The notes below the pieces were generated by a model that had not been told where the DNA came from, did no database searches, and worked only from the letters and a program-made list of their open reading frames with translations. A stretch of 63,860 nucleotides of DNA, the filler included, from Octopus bimaculoides (taxonomy: Eukaryota), in the NCBI RefSeq assembly GCF_001194135.2. It is 5 parts of 5 records of this genome, joined end to end, with 100 filler letters (N's around TTAATTAATTAA, not from the genome) between each part and the next. Parts side by side here need not be neighbours in the genome. Positions count along the whole stretch, not along the records: positions 15,074 to 26,557 come from NC_068989.1; positions 26,658 to 56,186 come from NC_068997.1; 3 more parts are not named here. One strand, written 5' to 3'. This document shows positions 26,420-37,199 of the stretch, one piece after another. How positions within the stretch are numbered: the stretch's first letter is position 1; the number at the start of each line of letters is the position of its first letter. Position numbers and translations under genes: made by a program.

Positions 26420-26507
26420 TACAGCTGAGGATTGCTCTGTATTTTACATTTGATGTAATGTTCACATTGCTTAATTAAATGGAGTCGCATGAAACGATCG
26501 TACTGCA
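26420..26507 (+). ncRNA. Type I hammerhead ribozyme-like motif, intact core
   Basis: TACAG-CTGAGGA (26425-26431)-59-nt stem II-GAAAC (26491)-GATC-GTA (predicted cleavage after 26502)-CTGCA. One stem I mismatch and U.U at 10.1/11.1. Confidence 0.6.
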
Positions 26508-26723
26508 TTAACTTTGGGTATCCTTGTTGCTTATTTTGATTGTGTGTGTGTGTGTGTNNNNNNNNNNNNNNNNNNNNNNNNNNNNNNNNNNNNNNNNNNN
26601 NTTAATTAATTAANNNNNNNNNNNNNNNNNNNNNNNNNNNNNNNNNNNNNNNNNNNNGGAGTCGGGGTCACCAATTGTAGGGATTCTCCGGGCTGCGTTT
26701 GTTCTTGCGTCGGGGTCACCAAT

Positions 26724-27173
26724 TGTAGGAAAGTGGTTATACACCATTAGGTGTATACCCGCTTCCGTACATTAAATTTCTTGAAGAAACAACGGAACAC
26801 AGATTCTGAACTATCAACACAACAATATTTATTTACAGAGGAAATAGGCAGCACTTCGCCCTTTGGTTGCTGAGACGCCGTCAATGATGTTGAGTGGTTA
26901 TTTGTCTCGCTCCAGAGTTGGAATGTTGGAGAGAGCTGTCTCCAGAGTTGGAATGTTGGAAAGAGCTGTCTCCAGAGTTGGAATGTTGGAGAGAGGCTGC
27001 TTGTACGTCTGGGCCCTTCGTCGGCCGGCGAGAAAGAGAATGAATAAGGGCGCGAAACTTGGATATCGATGACTATGCATGCGCCTCTTCCTGTGTTCCT
27101 TCCGGAACTAGTCCCTGCGCATGCGTGGATAAGCTTTCCAGAAATGTCGTCTGCTATTTAAGGCGTCACTACA
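26724..27173 (-). mobile_element. 5' LTR of a Gypsy-type element with PBS
   Basis: Minus strand TGTAGTGACG...CTACA followed by AT-TGGTGACCCCGAC. Same family as solo LTR 40061-40476. Contains three copies of a 30-bp repeat. Confidence 0.88.
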
Positions 27174-28736
27174 GTATCATTAAATACAAAATCTTTAAAT
27201 TCCATTCATCAATATTCTTATTAATTGTTTAAGACGAGATATAAGAAATTTATAAAGTAGTTGGTTTTCCCATACAGATTACATTATGCAGTTTGGGAAT
27301 GTTTATGAAAGTGAAATTATTATGTTAGATATTATGCTGAAAATCTCCTTGCTATGTATTAGCATTTATTGTTAATATTTCTCAATGGCAATGATTACTA
27401 AGTACAAGCAAATTGCTACTACTGCTGCTGGTCTTTATTATTATTGATGTTGATGTTGATAGCTATAATGGTGAGACTGCAGCAGTAGTTGATACTACTA
27501 CTGAAAATAATGATAATGGTGATGAAGCTGTATCCAGTTGAAGGATGTGAAGTGGTTAGAGATCTTCTCTTACAACAGCAAATACAACAATAATTCAGAA
27601 CTTGTGATCAGTAAATAAGAGAAATCAAAATACACTCCATACTAGATTCTTCATAATATTTTAAAAACGTATTCCTTCCATAACTTCAGGCAAGAACTCA
27701 AAGCTAACATACAGCACAAAAATGTTTTAAGAATTCCATAATAAAAACAGAAAATATTTAATGCAAATAAAATAAATATTCATCAGTACAGATTACTAAT
27801 AATGAAATAAATCACAATATATGCAAAAGAAAATGAACAAATGAATATCAAAAAGTACCTCATAAACAATATTTAAATTACAAATTGCAACATATATGCT
27901 TTCAGAAAATACAAGCTAATACATCATATAACCTACAGATAGATAAAATGCTAAAATTCAAGTATTTTAAATATATAAATATGAGATGTGCATGCTTCAA
28001 AAATCATGCTAAAAAAAGTACCCAGGCTGGTATGAAAAAAGTGCTAACCCAAAACTAAGAACCTCACCCTGGATAGTATTCATTCTGGCTCTTTGCAGTG
28101 TGAGTTCAAATCTTGCTGTGACCTACTTGAGTGGGAGACTTAATCCGTTACCTAGTTGAACATCATCACTTCATACCTTTTGTGCCTCCCTATTTACAAT
28201 CATTTGCGTCAGGCCTCTCGTTTGCTATATAACATAAATTCTCACATGTTAACATAACAAAGATTCTCAAAATTGCATGCTCATTGCAACACATTTGCAA
28301 CAATAGTTTTTTAATATCAGCGAAAGAAACAGTGCACCTCATTATTATATAAACACATAAGCAAAGAAGAGGGTTTACTTCCTTCAGTAGTTGATGTCAG
28401 AGTAAGGTGGATGAATTGCTAAAGGAATGAATAATGTTAATATAATTATCATCATTTGCAATAACAGATAACCTTTTTTTCTTTTTCATCTTTTGCAACT
28501 TTTCAAGCTGGAACTAATTACTATTATTTGAAAATAGTTTCAGCAAATGATATTTCCTTGTATTATGAATATGTAAAAAAATTTTAAAATAGCACTGATT
28601 ATATAATACCAACTGTTGTTCATTTTAGATTTGACTTGGGATAAATATACCATTTCCAGATTCAAGTGACAAGTTATCTCCCTTCCGTTTTAGTGTTATG
28701 TCACATTCACCTCCCTTTAAAGAAAGTTGATATTTC

Positions 28737-28749
28737 ATTGCTAGGCAAC
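28737..28749. promoter_or_regulatory. RFX X-box-like motif
   Basis: ATTGCTAGGCAAC has a perfect GGCAAC half-site and one mismatch to GTTGC. It lies about 60 bp upstream of a candidate ciliary-gene ATG. Confidence 0.6.
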
Positions 28750-28808
28750 AGTTTACATCTCGATTGTTTTTGTATAAGAAGTGTGTAGAGATTATCGAAA
28801 TTGTGATC

Positions 28809-28869
28809 ATGTCGGAAAGAACTGAGGAACCCGTCGAAATAAAACCCTCTTCTGTCATGGGATTCAATG
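28809..28869 (+). CDS. CFAP52: Candidate first coding exon of cilia- and flagella-associated protein 52 (WDR16)
   Basis: MSERTEEPVEIKPSSVMGFN-G followed by a phase-1 GT donor (ATG|gttcgt). It resembles the CFAP52 N-terminus (...ELDAVIGFNG), where I recall human exon 1 also ending in phase 1 within that Gly. Upstream X-box. Only 20 codons, and no exon 2 was found in the window. Confidence 0.55.
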
Positions 28870-28974
28870 GTTCGTAATTCACATTTTATTTATTTGCGTG
28901 TTGTATTTATTTTATTTACTTCACGTCATTCATTGTCAATTACATATGATAAAAACGTCTTATTCATTCTTAGC

Positions 28975-30060
28975 TAGTTATACCTATACAAGCGTGACCA
29001 CCACGACTTCGTTTTTTCATAACTTTCAAGAAACTAGATATCTTACAATGAAATTTTCTACAAATACCTTTCGGAAGGTATAGATTCTGACGATATTGGA
29101 ACTTTTTGTGAAAAAGTTTTTCGGGGGCGGAGGAGTGATGTTTCCTATGATTCACAGGAATCAAATTTATTTCTTCATAACTTTCAGAAAAATAGGTATT
29201 TTTTAAATAGAAGTTTCTACGAATACCTTCAGATAGTGTAGATTACGGTTATATCGGATTTAATGTGAAAAAGGAAAAGGTAGAAGCGCAGGCATATCTA
29301 CAAATGCATACCCTGTTAGATTTGTTGCATCCTAACTTCCAGAAAAATGGATACTTTTAAACGAAACTTTCAACAAATAATCGCTTAGATCCTGTCGATT
29401 AAGTGTATGTAAAGATTAGTTGAAAAAAAATTCGAAAAGACTTTCGCCCGTCCCCCACCATGGTAATTTAAAAATGTCGATTTTTAACAATTTTTTTGCA
29501 GATTCGTATTCCCCATNNNNNNNNNNNNNNNNNNNNNNNNNNNNNNNNNNNNNNNNNNNNNNNNNNNNNNNNNNNNNNNNNNNNNNNNNNNNNNNNNNNN
29601 NNNNNNNNNNNNNNTTTTTTTTGGTGGGGACAGGTGGAAGTCTTGCCAAAATTTCCCATGGGTTTGGGAAAAGGAGTTTCAGAAAATTCACACGACCCGA
29701 TGTTTCCCCCCTCATAACTTGCAGGAAAATGGGTATTTGTTAATGAAATCTTATACAAATACCTTTCGAACGGTGTAGATTACAAAGAAATTTGTAGGCA
29801 AAATGTCTTGGAAGCGGGAGGGGAAGGAGTTTCTGGAAAACGGAGTTTCGGATCAGATGGCCCACGTAAGTTGGAATTTTTCCGTTTTAACGGGGATTTT
29901 TTCCAGTTTTATTTTTCAGCACAGTCTTCGGAATGATGGGAGGCATCTTTTCATGAAAAAAAGAAAAAGATTTTGAAAATTTATGATATTCTTTTTCACT
30001 GCCAACACGTTGTCCAGATTGATTTTGGCCAATTTTTTTTTAACTATGCACTTAAAAAAC
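28975..30060. mobile_element. Repeat with internal tandem subunits related to the Helitron interior at 61600-61960
   Basis: Recurrent cataacttYcaRgaaaa...ttttctacaaatacc units shared with 61640-61870. Confidence 0.5.
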
Positions 30061-31419
30061 ATGTAACAGTAAATTAGGTGGTTTCAGCCAGTTGTAATTA
30101 ATGAGTAATAATGGTTCCGAAGTTGGCAATTGTAATGGGTGTTGCTGTTGCAGGTGTGCAAAATGAAAGAAGAACAGTGATCAAAGTTATAAACAAACAT
30201 TTATTTACTGTTACTTAATATAATGCCATGCTGTGACGGGTAAGGTGTGTTATCATAGAAGCCGAAAAACATGTGAAGTAAAAAGAGTTAATTTCTTCTT
30301 GAATAAGTGTGTATTGGTTCTCATTGTAGTTGTAAAAAAGATAGAGACAGAGTGATGTTGCAGAAAAAAGAAAGTGAGCCAGTGAGAGAGTGGACAAGAC
30401 AACTTCTACTTTGGTTAATTCCATAGTTGTCATTGAGATGGTCAGCCAGACTTGGTTGTCACTAACTGTTGCTCTCACTAATTGATTTTGCCTTATCAAA
30501 TTCTAGTATTTATAACCATGCAAAACTAGTTAGAAGGAGAGACATATTGCTGAGAATAATAGATTTCGTTGGGGGTACCTATTATCTCAATTCTAACTTT
30601 TCATGGCCTTGAAGAAGTTAAAAGGATCAAGTGGTAAGGACATAATTCAACTTAGCAAAAGCCATATGTTCATTTTATTGCTGTCAACTTAATGTTTCTC
30701 TGTGGGGGAGAGTGCCATTGCAAAGTTAAGGGAAATTGACAGATTCAGGTTTGGTCTTCTCTATGCCTAACTGAAGTCCACTACAAGCACAACATGCATA
30801 AACAAATCATAGAGAGAGAATGGTGCATTTTGGAAGTGCAAGCAATAAGCCTTTACTTTGAGAAGTCATCCTTGACTGAAGTTTAACCCCAAGTTGAAAG
30901 AAATTCTTCAACCAGGATGGACAAACATTATTCCCATTTGTCACATAAAGCTAATCTCTTTTGTAAGTAATTTAATTACAACTACATTTAATTATAGCAT
31001 ACTATGTTATGCTACTGGTAAAATGTGATGTAACGATATAGATATTATAATTTATTTTGATGAAATAAAATGTTATTTCAATAACATTTGTAGTTAGTTT
31101 ATTATGGGACAACATGCAGCCAAATTTAATGATAACTAACAAATTCCCATAGAGCCAGTATGACAAAGATAACTCTGATAGAGAAAGGCTAACCTTGACA
31201 TTGATGATCACATTCTCAAGTCTAACATTATAACCATTACATCTACAATCTCCATAACCAGCCCCACATTGATGAATGGAATGTTCAGCTGGCAGAAAAA
31301 AAGACAAGTTCCAATTCTGAAAATTTTGATGCCAGAAATACCTGTCCACTGAATCCATGTTTATGATCAATGCTTTTTGAGCTTATGAATCAATGACTCA
31401 TCTGTGTGAAATAGCTGTT

Positions 31420-31975
31420 CATCATCATCATTGTTTAATGTCTGTTTCCATGCTGGCATGGGTCGGATGGTTCGACAGGAGCTGGACAGCTGGACAGCTT
31501 CCCAGACTCCTAATGTCTGTTTTGCCATAGTTTCTATGGTTGGATGCCCTTCCTAATGCCAACTACTTTACAGTGTGCTGGGTGTTTTTTACATTCTACT
31601 AACATGGGTGCAGCTATGTAGCATTGGCATGAGTGCATTTTATGTGGCATTGGCACCTACAAGACAAAGACCTTTCAGTTGGAAGTGGGAGTGGAGGCAT
31701 GGCCATAAAGGACATGTCTGTATTTATGGATGATTGTGATTTTACTTAGCTTGATATGTCTTTGCAAGTACATCAAGTTGCCATAAGTCCTGGTTGCCTT
31801 GTCATCTCCTCAGTGAGGCCTAATGTTTGAAGATCCTTTCTCACCACTTTGTCCTATGTCTCCCTGGGTCTACTCCTTCCACAGGTACTCTCCACAATTA
31901 GAGATCAGCACTTCTTTAAGCAGCTGTCCTCATCCATATGCATCATATGACAATAGCAGCTGTTAATATCAACAA
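31420..31975 (-). mobile_element. 3' end of an RTE LINE with (GAT)n tail
   Basis: Reverse complement of the tail family at 45480-45910 (aggaagggcatcc..., ccatgccagcatggaaa, gatgatg). Confidence 0.8.
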
Positions 31976-32199
31976 TTCTTAGATGAAGAAGAGTTTGTCA
32001 GTTTTCATAATTCATGGTATCAACACAAACTTCACTCAGAGCTTTTTCAGCATGGTTGCAGGAAGAATTGGCATTTGTTTTTTTTTACTTATGCAAGTTG
32101 AAATTATTTTTGCTATGAGATGTGAACTCCGTCCACTTCCATTGTATCCACAGTGGACAATGGAAGCCTAGCCATGCAGGCTGCACTGTCCTGTTTTAC

Positions 32200-34560
32200 C
32201 CCATTCTGGACAAGAGATGCAGCAAACAAAATTAGTTTGAACACAAATCAGTTTAACTTCCTAGTTAGCATTCTCTTGTTTGCTTTAAATAGAAGGTAAG
32301 AGATTTAACTACAACTTCCCCAGATTCATTATCTTATCAAAGTATGAAAGTGGAGATTTTAAAACATACTTCTATGGGCCGAAGTAAAAACATTTCCATA
32401 AGCTTTCCCAAAATGAAGTTTTAGCAGATAAGAAACCTTTTCAGCTCTTAAGATGGATGAAGGAGTTACTTGAATTTAGTTTATGTTAAAACAGTTCTTT
32501 TTCTCTCATTTTCCTCCAAATGTGCATACAATTATAACTTCAGCAAGAGAAAAAATTCTACAACTCAATCAACCGAATTAGCTGATGAAATTAGGGATAT
32601 TTCTTTTCTGAATCTTCTATTTCTTCTGAATATGCAATGTTCCATAAGGCAACAGAAAAAAGATTCAGGCTCTTACTGATAAACTAGAATGGCTACAGTT
32701 ACCTTGTTATTCTGATCAATCAAATCCTTGTTTCCTCACAAAATCATTCACTTAGTCCTCATAAGAGAGCTACTGAATTTTGTTGGTACCACAGTAAGTT
32801 TGGTACACAAGTGCATAAGTGTTTTCAACCATGCCTGTTTTGTTCAGTCAACCAAGCACTGGAAAATGGTGAAACCAGGGATTAAGTGCAACTATATCTC
32901 CTTTTATTCCTTCAATAAGTCATGTACTTTATGTTTTTGACATAATATTGTTTCCTTGTGGATACTGGTGCAGCATTAAGCTAAGCCTGTCACATTTCTA
33001 TATGAATCATGGAAACTGACAATGGTTAAATTAAAAACTGTTAACCATTCTCCGATACCCACATATGATGAAAAATCCATGACACTAGATTTTAATTTGC
33101 GCAGGGAGTTCAGATGTATTTTCTGATAGCAGATCTTCCTTACCCTATCATTGGAGCTGATTTTTTGCATCATATGGTCTTCTTGTTGATTTGAGAAATA
33201 AGAAGCTACTTAACTCAGAGACTTGTCAATACAAAGTATGAGTGTGAAACCCACCACTGTTAGTTCTCTTTTCTTTATCTAATTATCATCACATGACCCT
33301 GACAAACCTTCCTGATATTACTCACACTGTGTTCACTGATAGGAAGCCCATGCATTCAATGATGCTTCACTACATCACTAAAGGCATTGTTTCTGTGCAC
33401 CTGAGGCAACTAGCCATGGACAAATGGAAAATTGCAAAGGATGAATTTAATCAGTTTGGAACTTGAAATATTTTGACCTTCCTGTAGTAATTGGGCTTCT
33501 CCACTGCACATGGTTCTGAAGAAAACTGACGGAGATTGGCATCTTTATAGAAGACTAAATGCTTTAACTGTTCTGGATAAGTATCTTATTCTTCATATCT
33601 ATGAGTTCTCAGTTTCTTTACATGGTTGTACCATTTTTCTGAAAATTGATTTAGGCCATGCTTATAATCAGATTCCTATTAAATCTATTACTGTTCCTAA
33701 AACTGTTATAACTACTCCTTTTGGGCTCTTCAAATTTCTTAAGAATGCTACAAACTCATTTCAAAGATTTATTGATAAAGTTACTCGTGTTTTACACTTT
33801 GTTTGCTTATATCAATGACTTATTGATTGTGAGTGCTATGGAAGAGCAGCATGAACAGCATTTGGAGCAACTTTTTACTAGATTATCACACTAGAATGTG
33901 GTAATTAAACCCAGTAAATACCTTTTGGGGGCTTCTCCATAACATTTTGAGGACAACATTATCGATAAAGATGGAAGCTGTTCACTAAAGGAGAAAATAG
34001 TTATAATTGTGAAAATTCCTGTTCCATTGTTAAGGGAATTGCAAGAGTTTGTCAGTCTTATAAATTTCTATTCTGTACATAGACCATATATCCATTAACA
34101 GAATTACTACATAATTATTATTGTAAAAACAAGACTTATCTCCTTAACTCCAACAGTATTGCAATCTTTTAATGACATAAAGGAGAAATTACTAGAGTTA
34201 CCTTATTAGTCTACCCAATACCTTGTGATAGATGCATCTAATATAGGAGTCGTTGGAGAGCTGCAGTAGTTTGTCCAGAATTTTTGGCAGCCTCTTTTTT
34301 AATTTCTTCTCAAAATGTTTCAAGTTAGCTGAAGCAAGATATAGCGCCTTTGGGTGAGTATTATTGGCAGCTTTAATTGTCAGTAAAACACTTTGTCATT
34401 TCCTGGAAAGAAGAACCTTCAGTATTTACACTAATCATAAACCACTCACTTTTGCATTACAATCCAAAATGGATAAATATCCCCTCTAGGACAATTAGGC
34501 ACCTTGATTATATTTCACAATTTACTGTGGATATATATATATATATATATATATATATCA
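32200..34560 (+). mobile_element. Gypsy gag-pol remnant
   Basis: CWYHSKFG..C, FLVDTGAA, MVLKKTDGDW..YRRLN, ITTPFGLFKFL, and RNase H ...TIRHLDYISQF. Confidence 0.88.
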
Positions 34561-34574
34561 ATGGTTCTGAAAAT

Positions 34575-35070
34575 TCTGCTGCATGAGAGAAAAGTTGGGT
34601 ATAAGAAGAATGAAATACAGTGTGCAAGAGAGAAGACTGTGCTGGTTTGGTCATGTGATGCATATGGATGTAGGCAGTTGCATACAGAAGTGTTAATCAC
34701 TTAAAGTGGATGGAGCTTGTGGAAGAAGGAAAGTCAAGAAGACATGGGACAAAGTATTGAAAACCAATCGTGAGATACTGAGCCTTATGAAAGAGATCAC
34801 AAAGGATTGAGATATCTGGCATCTTACTGTACTCAGAACTGATACTGCTGTTAGTGTCATATTAAAAGCACTGGTGCTGGTGCCACATAAAATGCACCTA
34901 GAGCACTCTTTGGAGTGGTTGGTGTTAGAAAGGGCATTCTGCTGCAAAGACCATGCCAGAGCAGACAATGGAGCCTACTGTGGCCCCTGGCCATACCAGC
35001 TCCAGTAAAACCATTCAGCCCATGCTAAGCATGAAAAATAGATGTTAAATGATGCTGCTGATAATGATGA
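34575..35070 (+). mobile_element. 3' fragment of an RTE LINE
   Basis: RLCWFGHV-like sequence and ...CGRRKVKKTWDKV, shared tail and gatgat end. Confidence 0.8.
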
Positions 35071-35289
35071 TGATGCATTATCTCATGTTCATATTGACTC
35101 TTTGCAGTCTGGTGATACCATTAATTTAGAAAAAAATTGTTATGTATCAGAAAAACAACATAGAATTATTGCAACTCAGAAATTCAGAATCATATTCTTT
35201 AAACCAACTATTACCAGTAGATTATTAAGCAGGGTCATTTACTTGACAGAAAGAGTCTTATTCACTTTCTTGCTAATAACAACTCTGGT

Positions 35290-36495
35290 CTTTGTTAGGT
35301 TAACTTTAAGGCCCTTTGGTTCTAGGCTTTGCTCCAATACCTGGAATTTATTTTCCACATCTGTTACAGACTCTGCTATGAGAGTGATATCTATCATCAG
35401 CATATAGTAGTTCCCATGGGCAGCCAGTCTTCTGTTATAGCCTGGATGACTATGCTGAATAAGAGGGGACTGAGAGCTGGCCCTGTTGAACTCCTACTTG
35501 TACCCTAAATTCATCACTGTATTCATGGCTTATTCTCATTCTACTGACAGCACCTGTAGATATGGCTTGTATGGCTCTGTCTTTTAAGGCTTTCTCCAGT
35601 TCTATGAATGCCAAGTACAGCGTTTTACTTTTAGCTAGACCCTTTTCCTGCAGCTTTCTCATTAGGAAGATGGCATCCATAGTTCTTCTCCCTGGCACAA
35701 AACCAAACTGCATCTCAACTAGTCCAATTTTGTTCCAAATTAATTGGGCTGTAACTCTCTATAACTTTTATGACCTGGTCCAGTAATTTGATACCTGTAT
35801 AATTACTTCTATCTAAGGCATCTCCTTTGCCCTTGTAACTCCTGACCATAATGCTGCTAAACCAGTCATTGAGCATGACACCTTCCTATGCCACATGATT
35901 AACTATATGGATGACTAGGCTGTATCCTACTCCACCAGATATTTTAAGCATCTCAGCTGTAATTCCTAATGGTTTAGGAGCTTTCCTTGTCTCCATATCC
36001 TTAATTGCTTTATCTATTGTACTACTGTCAGCTCTCCTCTCATGCATTCTCCACATTTAGCAACCTTTTATAGTGGCATTTCCATGTGTCTTTCTTCTCA
36101 GAATCACAGAGTGCAAGCATACCATTATCCATTTGCACATGTTTCTGACCCACAACATCTTTGTTCTTGTTGATACATTGCTTTGCAATCCAGAACATCT
36201 CATGCCTCTGATCCTCATGCTGTAGAACATTGGCAGATCTCCTAATTTCTGCATCACCCTCCACTATGTAAACTTTTCTTGCTTCTCTTCTGGTTACCTG
36301 ATATAATTCTCTGTTACTACCATTTATCCAATCTTTCCAGGCTTGTCTCTTTGCTTTTACAGCACTGCCTCCTTCCTTGTTCCACATCTGGTTGGGACTT
36401 TGCACTAGCTGTACATTTGACACATATGTATGCACACATCTTTTACTTCTTCCTGTCATTAGACTGTGACCATACCAGGGCATTGCCTTGAAGGA
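35290..36495 (-). mobile_element. RTE LINE RT fragment
   Basis: MQFGFVPGRRTMDAIFLMRKLQEK...LYLAFIELEKA. Same family as 42600-45910. Confidence 0.88.
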
Positions 36496-36499
36496 TTTT

Positions 36500-36650
36500 A
36501 GTTGAATGAATTGATCCCAGTACTTATTTTTATTAGCTTGGTACTTATTCTGTCAGTCACTTTCACTGAAATACTTAATTACAGGGATGTAAACACACCA
36601 ACACCAGTTGTCAAGCTGTGGATGGGTGGGACAAACACAAACATGTATAT
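36500..36650 (-). mobile_element. SINE family B, 3' half
   Basis: Reverse complement of gcttgacaac.ggtgttggtgtgtttacatccc.gtaa. Confidence 0.7.
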
Positions 36651-37199
36651 ATATATTCACTCTGTATCTCCTATCAGTTTTCTTTTAACATCTTTGTTAA
36701 TGCTTGCCACGATGTTTATTTATCTGCAATGTGCCCACCATTTCTCACCCCCACCACCTATATGGAACCTCTCATAGTAACCCCCCCCCCCACTGCAGAA
36801 GTGTCATCCACATTGCTGCAACACAAATGCTGTAGCTTGTTACTCTGCCCCAAAGAAAACGAAACTAAACGCGACCATGCTGTGCACAATTTTATTGCTT
36901 AGTTAATTAATTAGCCTTTAGCGTGGGAAGTCGCTAATAAAAAACGTCAACACTTTAATAATTGGACTGAATCATTAATCCAATAACCATGAAATACCTC
37001 TGTGCAATTAAAGATAATAACATTCATCCTGTGTGAATAGCTTCATGTTCAAAGTTTTTATTCTGACATGTGATAAATGAATGCATACAGTGAGTGTACA
37101 ATGTTCCATAAAGATTTCTAGGAAGAAGAAAGGTTTTGAACAATTTGTCATGTTCCATGATGACTTTGAGTAAATAGAAATAAATCAAGACATGAGATT

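Larger units (their letters stand above)
25884..26540. mobile_element. Fold-back element 1 (putative inverted PLE pLTR pair)
   Basis: Arms 25960-26241 and 26253-26539 are reverse complements with scattered mismatches and an 11-nt loop. Homologous to 52060-53590. Confidence 0.85.

Noticed and set aside
26909-26998. 30-bp direct repeats as a possible CRISPR array
   Set aside because: Contiguous repeats without spacers inside a eukaryotic LTR, with no cas genes.
28625-28882. 85-aa minus-strand ORF over the CFAP52-like exon
   Set aside because: No recognisable homology. The plus-strand reading has the better support (motif, donor and X-box).
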